Notes under the pieces: generated by a model
Told to the model about the DNA's origin: nothing
What the model saw: the letters and a program-made list of their open reading frames with translations, nothing else
The model's database searches: none
Shown here: one piece after another, positions 57,007 to 64,000 of the stretch
Layout: each line of letters opens with the position of its first letter
How positions within the stretch are numbered: the stretch's first letter is position 1
Program-made: the position numbers and the translations under genes
Source of the DNA: an uncultured Verrucomicrobiota bacterium
GTDB taxonomy: Bacteria > Verrucomicrobiota > Verrucomicrobiia > Limisphaerales > UBA9464
Reading direction: 5' to 3'
Assembly: GCA_903925515.1 (NCBI GenBank)
Contig: CAIYFP010000056.1
Location: 924 to 64,923 of the forward strand
Length of the DNA: 64,000 nucleotides

Positions 57007-59019
57007 TCAGGGATGGGACGCCGTCAGCAATTGCAGCAACGCGGCATCCTTCTCCGCACCCGAAAGGAAGTCGAACGCGCGCAGGAACCGGTTCTTCTCG
57101 GATTCCTTGGTGGAGGGGTCCTTGAGGATCTTCACGAGGAGCGCGGGCGTCTCCCTGGCACGCGAACGCCAGATCACCTCGCGCGCGGACGTCGTGTTCC
57201 AGATGCCGCCCCGCAGCTGGAGGAACGCGGCAAGGCATGCGTCCCAGTTGCCGTCGGCGCCGATGCCCAGCGCCTCCGTGTACCATCGGTCCTTGCCATC
57301 GTGTTGGTCGGCAAGGCGTGCCCAAAGCACGGGTTGCTCCGGGGACTTGAGGTGGCGCAAGGCCACAAGGCATTCGCGGCGGACCTGCGCGGACGGGTCG
57401 GACACAAGCCGCGACACGGTCCGGGGCACATCAAGCCCATGCTGCCGGGCCATGCGAAGGCCCGTGATGCGAAGGTCGGGGCTGGGCGACGCGAGGGCGG
57501 CGTCCACGGAACGTTGCGTGTTGCCCGGCAAGGCGGCCATGGCATGGATCGCGCGCGCCGCCATCCTCGGGTTCGGGTCGTTCCACAGCTTGCGCAGCGC
57601 AGGCTCGGCCTTCATCCCGAAGCCCTGCACGGCAACCCATGCGAGGTGGCGGGTGGCAAGGTTCGGGGAACGCAGCGCGGCCACCGCCCCGGCAGGCGAG
57701 CCAAGGTCCAGGCCGGGCACCACCGGCCGATGCCCGGCGGGCGCCACGCGGTAGATGCGCCCCGTCATCGTGGCGAGCTTCTGGTCCGCCATGTAGTGAC
57801 CGCCGACCCCCGAATCGTTCCAGTCCGCGATGTACACCGATCCGTCCGGCGCCACGCACACGTCCGAGGGCCGGAACCACGGGTCTTCGGCGGACACCAG
57901 ATCGACGATGCGGCCGGAGTAGCCGGCGCCGTCCGGGGTGGCCGGGTAGGCCCGGACCACCCGGGGCCCGGCGTCGCAGTGGAGCGGCTGGTTGCGGAAG
58001 GGCTCCGGCAGCAGGTCGCCCTCATACACGCAGATGCCGGTGGGCGAGCCGCCGCCCGTCTGCACGAAGTTCGGCACCACGCCCGGGTCGTTCAGGTGCC
58101 AGTGACGGCGCGGAACGTCGTCCTCCCAGCCCGTTCGCTTGCTGCCCCAGCCCGCCCCCGTGACCTCGTCCGCGTAGCCGTAGTTTCCAAACTCCATGAC
58201 GAAGTTGATGCGGACGCCCCGGTTGCCGTCGTCGTCGTTGTCGGATTGCCAGAGCGTCCCAAAGGAATCCACGGCGACCTCGTAGTTGTTGCGGAAGTTC
58301 CAGCCGAGGGTCTCGACGCGCGACCCGTCCGGGTTGCAGCGGAAGACAAGGCCCTGCTGGTAGGGCTTGCGATGGCTCCAGGTCTCGCGCCCGTCGAGGT
58401 CCACCACCCAGCCGGAGCCGTCCGCCTTCTTCAACTGCCGTCCGTCGTTGCCCACGTTGAAGTAGAGGCGCCCATCGGGCCCGAAGACGAACGCGTGCGC
58501 CCCGTGGTCATGGTCCACGCCGCCGATCCCGGTGAAGAGCTTCCGGGGCGGCCCATCCGCCTTCAGGTCGTGGTTCTTGTCCTCGAAAACAAGGATGTCC
58601 GGCGAACGCGACACGATCACGCGGTCCCCCAGCACGCAGATGCCCAGCGCGGCGTTCACCTCCTCGCCCTGGTAAAACGTCACCGCCTTGTCGGACGCGC
58701 CGTCGAGGTCGGAGTCGATCAGCACCTGGATGCGGTCGCCGCCCGGACGTTGCTTGCCCCACTTCTGGAACGTGGACCGGTAGTTGGCGCCCTCCGTGAC
58801 CCACACGCGCCCGCTCGCGTCGATGTCCATGTTGCACGGGTTCACAAGGTCGGGCTCGGACGCAAAGACGGTCACCGCGACGCCAGGATGAACCCTCATG
58901 CGGGCCGCCGCGGCACGGGCTGCGTCGGGGCCGTGTGCATGCTGGGCAAGTGCCGGGAGGGAGGCCGCCAGCGCCGGAATCCATGCGATGGCGGACAATC
59001 GAAGTGCTTTCATGGACAT
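57007..59019 (-). CDS. PVC-type 'membrane-bound dehydrogenase domain' beta-propeller protein with C-terminal HEAT-like repeats
   Basis: It has a signal peptide. FASEPDLVNPCNMDIDASGRVWVTEG, GPDGRLYFNVGN and DGSVYIADWND are present, followed by helical repeats (PNPRMAARAIHAMAAL, DPSAQVRRECLVALRHL). The translation contains no CxxCH motif. Confidence 0.65.
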   Translation of the reverse strand: MSMKALRLSAIAWIPALAASLPALAQHAHGPDAARAAAARMRVHPGVAVTVFASEPDLVNPCNMDIDASGRVWVTEGANYRSTFQKWGKQRPGGDRIQVLIDSDLDGASDKAVTFYQGEEVNAALGICVLGDRVIVSRSPDILVFEDKNHDLKADGPPRKLFTGIGGVDHDHGAHAFVFGPDGRLYFNVGNDGRQLKKADGSGWVVDLDGRETWSHRKPYQQGLVFRCNPDGSRVETLGWNFRNNYEVAVDSFGTLWQSDNDDDGNRGVRINFVMEFGNYGYADEVTGAGWGSKRTGWEDDVPRRHWHLNDPGVVPNFVQTGGGSPTGICVYEGDLLPEPFRNQPLHCDAGPRVVRAYPATPDGAGYSGRIVDLVSAEDPWFRPSDVCVAPDGSVYIADWNDSGVGGHYMADQKLATMTGRIYRVAPAGHRPVVPGLDLGSPAGAVAALRSPNLATRHLAWVAVQGFGMKAEPALRKLWNDPNPRMAARAIHAMAALPGNTQRSVDAALASPSPDLRITGLRMARQHGLDVPRTVSRLVSDPSAQVRRECLVALRHLKSPEQPVLWARLADQHDGKDRWYTEALGIGADGNWDACLAAFLQLRGGIWNTTSAREVIWRSRARETPALLVKILKDPSTKESEKNRFLRAFDFLSGAEKDAALLQLLTASHP

Positions 59020-59096
59020 GAAGGACTTCTACAGGGCAACGGCCCCGGTTGGCGAGCGCGAGCTTCGCCCCCGCGAGGGGACGGAACCCCAAGTCC

Positions 59097-59639
59097 TCAA
59101 CGCGTCAGCGGCTGGGGCGCGACGACGGTGCTGCCGGAAGGCTTGGCCAGGGTGCGGTAGCTGGCGAGGCGGCCGCCGCGAAACACCAGCTCGGCGCTCA
59201 CGTAGCTCCTCACGTTGATGTCGCGGTCGAGGAAACGGTCCAGGTAGGTGGAGCCGTCCTTGCGGGTGACCTCGCGGAAGTTCCACGTGAGGTAGGTGTC
59301 GGACGTGGTGGACTCGTACAGCCATGTGACGGCCTCGCCAGAGGCGTCACCGCTGCGCAGGACCTGCGCCGCGGCACCCCACGCGATGAAGACGGCGTCC
59401 TCGGTCATCCCAACCCGGATCTGGCCATGGTCCACCAGTTCCTGCTGCTCCCTCGGCAGGGCCGAGTAGGCGGCGGCGCGCTCGACGCGGCGCTTGGCGA
59501 TGCTGCGCGGGTCCGTGGCGGAGGGCGTGGCGCATCCCATCAGGATGACGGCCAGGACAAGGCTGGCGCCATGGCACGGGACCATCCGGGGGAAGGGCCC
59601 ACGGCGGGCGGGCGCGGAGAACATGGAGGAAGCGCTCAT
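59097..59639 (-). CDS. Lipoprotein, BamE/SmpA-like fold suspected
   Basis: ...ASLVLAVILMGCATPS is a lipobox. GQIRVGMTEDAVFIAWG resembles the BamE-type motif. The start is uncertain (ATG at 59639, 59624 or 59585). Confidence 0.5.
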   Translation of the reverse strand: MSASSMFSAPARRGPFPRMVPCHGASLVLAVILMGCATPSATDPRSIAKRRVERAAAYSALPREQQELVDHGQIRVGMTEDAVFIAWGAAAQVLRSGDASGEAVTWLYESTTSDTYLTWNFREVTRKDGSTYLDRFLDRDINVRSYVSAELVFRGGRLASYRTLAKPSGSTVVAPQPLTR

Positions 59640-59706
59640 GGGAGCATGGGAGTATCCGACAATCCGGTTGCTGACAAGGTCGGCCGACCCTAGCGTCGCC
59701 GCGCGT

Positions 59707-60291
59707 ATGAACTCCGCCCCCCCTTCCACGGGCAACACATGGCTTGTGCTCACCTTCCTCACGGTCTTCTCGTGGGGCGTCTATGGCATCCTGCTGCACA
59801 AGGGCCAGACGTTGATGCAGCCGGCCGGGGCCGCCCCGGTCGCCCCCGCGCTGCTTCGCTACAAGGCGTTTCTCTTCGTGGGCATCGCGTACTTCCTCGT
59901 CGCGGTGCTGGCGCCCCTGTTCATGCTGATGAGCAAGGGGCAGGCGTTCACCGGCTACACCGGCGCGGGCGCCACGTGGTCGCTGGTGGCGGGCATCGCG
60001 GGTGCCGTGGGCGCGTTCGGCGTGTTGCTGGCGTTCGCCGCCGGCGGCAAGCCCCCGGCGGTCATGTCCATCGTGTTCGCCGGCGCCCCGCTGGTGAATG
60101 CCGCCATCGGGACGTTCCTTCACCCCCCGGCCAAGGGCTGGGGTTCCGTGGACCCGCGCTTCTGGATCGGGATCTTCCTCGCGGTGGCTGGCGGCTTTTG
60201 CGTGGCCAAGTTCAATCCCGGCAGCCCGGCGCCCGCTGGCGCCAAGCCCGCCGCATCCGCCCCCGCCCAACCCGGCCACGCAAGGGCCTAG
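59707..60291 (+). CDS. Small multi-pass membrane protein (EamA/DMT half-transporter-like)
   Basis: The ATG at 59707 gives MNSAPPSTGNTWLVLTFLTVFSWGVYGILL. About 5 TM helices are apparent. The family call is weak. Confidence 0.5.
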   Translation: MNSAPPSTGNTWLVLTFLTVFSWGVYGILLHKGQTLMQPAGAAPVAPALLRYKAFLFVGIAYFLVAVLAPLFMLMSKGQAFTGYTGAGATWSLVAGIAGAVGAFGVLLAFAAGGKPPAVMSIVFAGAPLVNAAIGTFLHPPAKGWGSVDPRFWIGIFLAVAGGFCVAKFNPGSPAPAGAKPAASAPAQPGHARA

Positions 60292-60308
60292 CACCCGCGC
60301 ATCACGGC

Positions 60309-61541
60309 ATGACCTCCGCCGTTTCACGGGACGCCGCCACCCTCTCGGCCCTGCGCGGCCTCTTGGTGGACCTCCGCGACAAGAACCCGTTCTACATGCC
60401 GCGGCTGCGCGACGTGTCGCCCCCCATGCCGTCGAGCCTCGCCGACTTCGCATCGCGCTACCCGCTCACCAGCAAGGCCGAGCTGGTCGCGGACGCCATG
60501 GCGCACCCGCCCTACGGCACGAACCGGTCCGAACCCCTCGCGCGGTTCACTCGCTGCCACCAGACCAGCGGCACCACCGGACAGCCACTCCGGTGGCTCG
60601 ACACGCCCGAGTCATGGGCCGCCATGACCGAGGACTGGTGGGAGGTCCTTCGCCAGGCCGGCCTCGTTCCTCCGGACCGCGTCTTGTTCGCGTTCAGCTT
60701 CGGCCCGTTCCTCGGCTTCTGGCTCGCGTTCGAGGCCGCCCTCAAGCTGGGCGCCTTGTGCATCCCCGGGGGCGGCATGTCGTCCGCGCAACGCGTGCGC
60801 GTGGCCGAGGAAAACTCCGTGACCGTCCTGTGCTGCACGCCCACCTATGCCCTGCACCTCGGCAAGGCGGCAGACGAGGCGGGCTGGGACAAGTCCTCGG
60901 TCCGGTTGCTCATCGTGGCGGGCGAGCCCGGCGGCAGCATCCCTTCCGTTCGCACACGTCTCACCAAGGCATGGCCCATGGCCCGCGTCTTTGACCATCA
61001 CGGCATGACCGAGGCCGGGCCCGTCACCTACGAGGACCCACGACAACCCGGACACCTCGTCATCCTCGAGCGCAGCTTCCTCGCCGAGTGCATCGACCCC
61101 GTCTCCTTGCAGCCCGTCGCCGAGGGCCGCCAGGGCGAGCTCGTGCTCACCACCCTCAGGCGCCGCGCGTCGCCCCTGCTCCGGTACCGTACCGGCGACC
61201 TCGTCCAGATGCGCCGCTCCGCTTCCGGCCTCGTCCTCGAAGGCGGCATCCTCGGGCGCGTGGACGACATGGTCGTCGTGCGGGGCGTCAACGTGTACCC
61301 CTCCGCCGTCGAGGCCGTCGTCCGGGAATTTCCCGAGGTCGAGGAATTCCAGGTCACGCTGGACCGAACCGGCATCCTTGCGGAGGTGGACATGGAGGTG
61401 GAGGCATCCCCGTCCGTCGCGGCCGCCTTGGAGGCCCGGCTCCTTCGCGACATGGGCCTGCGCATCCCCGTGCGGCCCGCCGAGCCCGGCACCTTGCCCC
61501 GTTTCGAGCTCAAGGCGCGGCGCTGGCGAACCATCGGCTAG
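60309..61541 (+). CDS. Phenylacetate--CoA ligase family (PaaK/CapK-like) adenylating enzyme
   Basis: The ATG at 60309 is used. TRCHQTSGTTGQPLRW is the phosphate-binding loop. LIVAGEPGG, YRTGDLV and GRVDDMVVVRGVNVYPSAVE are also present. Confidence 0.8.
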   Translation: MTSAVSRDAATLSALRGLLVDLRDKNPFYMPRLRDVSPPMPSSLADFASRYPLTSKAELVADAMAHPPYGTNRSEPLARFTRCHQTSGTTGQPLRWLDTPESWAAMTEDWWEVLRQAGLVPPDRVLFAFSFGPFLGFWLAFEAALKLGALCIPGGGMSSAQRVRVAEENSVTVLCCTPTYALHLGKAADEAGWDKSSVRLLIVAGEPGGSIPSVRTRLTKAWPMARVFDHHGMTEAGPVTYEDPRQPGHLVILERSFLAECIDPVSLQPVAEGRQGELVLTTLRRRASPLLRYRTGDLVQMRRSASGLVLEGGILGRVDDMVVVRGVNVYPSAVEAVVREFPEVEEFQVTLDRTGILAEVDMEVEASPSVAAALEARLLRDMGLRIPVRPAEPGTLPRFELKARRWRTIG

Positions 61542-61880
61542 TGTCGTGTCTCACAAATGGCTGGTGTTTCGCCGCAAGGGATTTTCGTGCCCAACGAGGC
61601 GCGAACGCCGCGCAAACCCGCAGAAGTCCGTGAGGAGCGAGCCACGACGTCGGACGCGATAAGTACCGCGGCTCTACGGGTCGCTCCATGCATGCCCCGG
61701 GTCCTCGTTGCTCGTCCGTCACAGACTGCTGCGGGCAGGCTCCGTCCTCACGCCTCGCCCCGCGCATTCTTGGAGCGGAACCGTCCGGCCGACCCGCCGT
61801 GCGTAGGTGCGGGATCTTCGGGCAGGATGGGCGGGTGAAGTCCATGAACCCCATGTCTCGCGCCCCGGCGGGACGCCTAG

Positions 61881-62180
61881 CTAGGCCGACCCAGGCACGA
61901 GATCGAGGCCATCCTCGGGTAGCATCGCGACAGGGGCCTTTCCCTGCTCGCCTTCGCCCGCCAACAACGCATCCCCTATCCCACCCTCTGGGGCTGGCCT
62001 CGCCGCCTCGCCGCCATGCACGCCGGGCCGGCCGGACGGTTACACCCAAATGTCCCATGTCCGGATGTGACCCCGTTGACCCCCGGCTCCCATGTCACCG
62101 TCCTTGCCCGCTACACCGCCCCTCACCTCCCCATGCCCGCCCTCTCAGGCTCCGCCACCATCGCACTCCGCCCGAGATAA
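61881..62180 (+). pseudogene. Remnant of an IS-type transposase accessory ORF (IS3/IS66 OrfA-like HTH), interrupted by a stop
   Basis: The frame reads ...RHEIEAILG*HRDRGLSLLAFARQQRIPYPTLWGWPRRLAAMHAGPAGR... with an in-frame TAG at 61920-61922. The G-L-S-x3-F-A-x4-I-x3-L-x2-W-x-R-R-L pattern is typical of HTH_Tnp-type OrfA proteins. C-dominant third positions suggest former coding. No start codon or downstream transposase is present. Confidence 0.4.
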
Positions 62181-62194
62181 ATGCCGGCGATGGC

Positions 62195-62584
62195 TCACGG
62201 CCCGCCATCGTGGAAGTCGCTATCTTGGGGCCGGACCATCGACGTCACCCTGAACGTTGATTGCCCGGTCAGCTCGCATACGAGGATGGAGCGCTTGTCT
62301 CGCGGATACCTCTCGGCCTTCATGCGAGTCACCTGTTCCACAAGGGAACGGATGTCCTCCGACTTCAATTCCCGAAGGCTCCCCGGCGACTTTTCCAGCA
62401 CCGGCTTGGTCAATCCCCGGACCGTCTCCATGCAGAAGGGCTTCCCAGGATCCACATCGAGATTCCATCCCACGTGCACCAGCATCGCCGCCAACGTGAG
62501 CCCGTCCGCGCTCGTCTTCTCGGGTTCTTTCCGCAGGATTTCCCGGACCAATTCCATCATCCTTTCCGAAACCTTGGCCATCAC
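62195..62584 (-). CDS. Hypothetical 129-aa protein, unknown family, atypical codon usage
   Basis: MMAKVSERMMELVREILRKEPEKTSADGLTLAAMLVHVGWNLDVDPGKPFCMETVRGL... has a balanced, helix-forming composition. By my manual tally G outnumbers C at third positions, the reverse of neighbouring genes. The antisense ORF 62181-62693 is S/T/R-rich junk. Confidence 0.55.
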   Translation of the reverse strand: MMAKVSERMMELVREILRKEPEKTSADGLTLAAMLVHVGWNLDVDPGKPFCMETVRGLTKPVLEKSPGSLRELKSEDIRSLVEQVTRMKAERYPRDKRSILVCELTGQSTFRVTSMVRPQDSDFHDGGP

Positions 62585-62786
62585 GCTCGATCATTCGCGA
62601 CACCCTTCGCCACGCCAAGCTTTCATCCACTCCACCCCCAAGATTGCCCGGCGCAAGAACTTGGCGCCTCGACGCCTTCGGTGGGCGCCATGAGTCCGTT
62701 TGAAGGTCCACGGTTCCGATGCGTGTCAGCGTCGGCGTGAAATGCACCGAAAACTGCCGGTTTGAACCCCCCGGGGGCTTTCTCCC

Positions 62787-63248
62787 ATGAAAAACGCCGC
62801 CGGGAACAAGCCCCGACGGCGTCCATCCAATCCGTTCCGGATCGATCAGACGGTCTTCGACACGGCGAGCCATCGGCTCCATCCCTACCGGATCTTCACC
62901 CGGTTGCTTCTGCCAGCGCTGGCCAAGGTCCACGCCAAGGCCGACCGCTGCCTCGCCGCCTCCCGCATGGCCCTGACCGTGGGCGCCCTGGAACGGCATC
63001 GCATCGCGAACGGCGGATACCCCAAGGGCCTCGACGACCTCGTTCCAAAACTCCTGCCGGCCGTGCCGAGCGATCCAATGGATGCCCAACCATTGCGATA
63101 CCGCCTGAACGCCGACGGATCCTTCACCCTGTACAGCGTCGGACCCAACCACGCCGACCACGACGGCGTCTTCGAGCCAAAGCAAGGCCAAGACCTCGAC
63201 TGGGCCTTGCCACCCAACCATCCCACCCGAGAACGCCGCTTGTTCTGA
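62787..63248 (+). CDS. Hypothetical protein; possibly an N-terminally truncated member of a PVC family with a pseudopilin-like C-terminal motif
   Basis: C-dominant third positions support coding. LAASRMALTVGALERHRIANGGYPKGLDDLVPKLLPAVPSDPMDAQPLRYRLNADGSFTLYSVGPNHADHDG resembles the 'L-x-x-L-V-P-x-x-L-P-x-x-P-x-D-P...Y...F-x-L-Y-S-x-G-x-D' C-termini seen in GspG-like and other PVC proteins. No TM or signal peptide is visible at the N-terminus. Confidence 0.5.
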   Translation: MKNAAGNKPRRRPSNPFRIDQTVFDTASHRLHPYRIFTRLLLPALAKVHAKADRCLAASRMALTVGALERHRIANGGYPKGLDDLVPKLLPAVPSDPMDAQPLRYRLNADGSFTLYSVGPNHADHDGVFEPKQGQDLDWALPPNHPTRERRLF

Positions 63249-63803
63249 AAACCGTGCGGGTGGCGTGCCGGTTTGAAACCCACGGTTCAGCCATGGTTCG
63301 GTCCTTCGACGTTTCCGGTGAGCGGCCCCGGGTCCGGCCAAGGGCCCATGCCTTCAAGGCAAGTCCCTCGTCCCATGCCGTGCATCTGGCCCCTTCGCGT
63401 CCATGAAACGGAGGCGGTTGAGGGCACCCGATCTCTACCAACAAGCCCATTCCCCATTCGGCAGGCCGCGTGCCTCATGCGTTGCAGTTCAACAATTCGC
63501 CCTGCCCTTGCAGCTCCCGCCATGCTTGGTTGACCCACGAAAGGTCCAGCACGGCCGCTTCAGCCGGGTGATGTCGCCAACGCCCGGACGCGCTGCCGAC
63601 ATCTTCCCCATCCCTGCCATCCGCCTGGGCAATGGCCCCGAGGCGCTGCACCTCGTGTCTCACGCGTTGGACGGGTGGTTTTGCCGCCGGGCCGGCGGGT
63701 TCCACGGCTTGCATGCGACTTCCCGGCGCCAGAGATAAGGATTCCATGCGGCGTCCCGGGCATCCCGACACCCAACACGGGTCTGCCCGCCCAAAAAACA
63801 CGT

Positions 63804-63821
63804 GGGGCAACCGGTTGCCCC
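63804..63821. repeat. Perfect 18-bp palindrome GGGGCAACCGGTTGCCCC
   Basis: Read directly from the sequence. It is two inverted copies of the GTTGCCCC motif, which recurs downstream. Confidence 0.9.
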
Positions 63822-63951
63822 AAGCCCGCACTCGGTTGCCCCACTGTTGCCCATCGTTGCCCCATGCTCCCCATGCGTTGAAACCAAGGAGGCAACCGAT
63901 GGGATGACGGGTGAAACCGGTTTCCTCCCCGGGGCAAGCCATTGCACCGCT

Positions 63952-64000
63952 GGGGACACGGGTTGCCCCCTTTGGGGACACGCGTTGCCCCCTTTGGGGA
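63952..64000. repeat. 22-bp tandem repeat GGGGACACG(G/C)GTTGCCCCCTTT, at least 2.2 copies, truncated by the window end
   Basis: Copy 1 is 63952-63973 and copy 2 is 63974-63995, with one G/C difference. A third copy begins GGGGA at 63996. Confidence 0.9.

Noticed and set aside
62181-62693. 170-aa + strand ORF
   Set aside because: It shares third-codon positions with the 129-aa minus-strand ORF, and its translation is S/T/R-rich with no structure-like pattern. The minus-strand product is far more protein-like.
63403-63981. Overlapping ORFs 63403-63738 (+) and 63475-63981 (-)
   Set aside because: The + frame has host-like C-rich third positions only in its last ~200 nt, with no recognisable motif or credible start. 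The - frame has weaker, G-dominant third positions and runs through the repeat array. Neither is reportable as a gene; the + frame may be another remnant.
63952-64000. Possible CRISPR array at the window end
   Set aside because: The repeat period is 22 bp with no spacers between units. That is tandem-repeat geometry, not CRISPR, and no cas genes are visible.

Overview
High-GC bacterial chromosomal segment. The gene content includes a PSCyt/DUF1549/DUF1553 + DUF1501 pair, an H-X9-DG-type pseudopilin, a 'membrane-bound dehydrogenase'/HEAT protein, DUF2723 and many Tat-signal enzymes. This suggests the PVC superphylum (Verrucomicrobiota/Planctomycetota-like); that placement is inference only. 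From reading the sequence I can support about 48 protein-coding genes, one tRNA-Ala(CGC), two frameshifted or stop-interrupted gene remnants, one AT-rich divergent regulatory region and a few short repeats. I see no rRNA, no CRISPR array and no intact transposase or integrase. The leading 'M' in the ORF track is often GTG/TTG, and many listed ORFs are N-terminally over-extended or are antisense shadows typical of high-GC DNA; I trimmed starts where a signal peptide, lipobox or neighbouring gene gave a reason. Housekeeping genes (secA 3' end, gltX, rimO, ndk, acs, ftsY, nusB, gcvH) are interspersed with lineage-typical families of unknown function. No known defence or mobile system is recognisable. 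The best candidates for follow-up are: (1) a six-gene co-directional cluster at 8.2-18.0 kb; (2) an SDR / LarA-like / orphan GcvH / O-methyltransferase unit at 53.1-56.8 kb; (3) an ArsR-flanked efflux locus with a CusF-SCO fusion, plus an arsR-nusB-PHP coupled unit; and (4) the last ~2.5 kb, which looks like decayed accessory DNA and ends in a dense GTTGCCCC motif array and a 22-bp tandem repeat cut by the window edge. All functional calls rest on motif recognition by eye. No database search was run.
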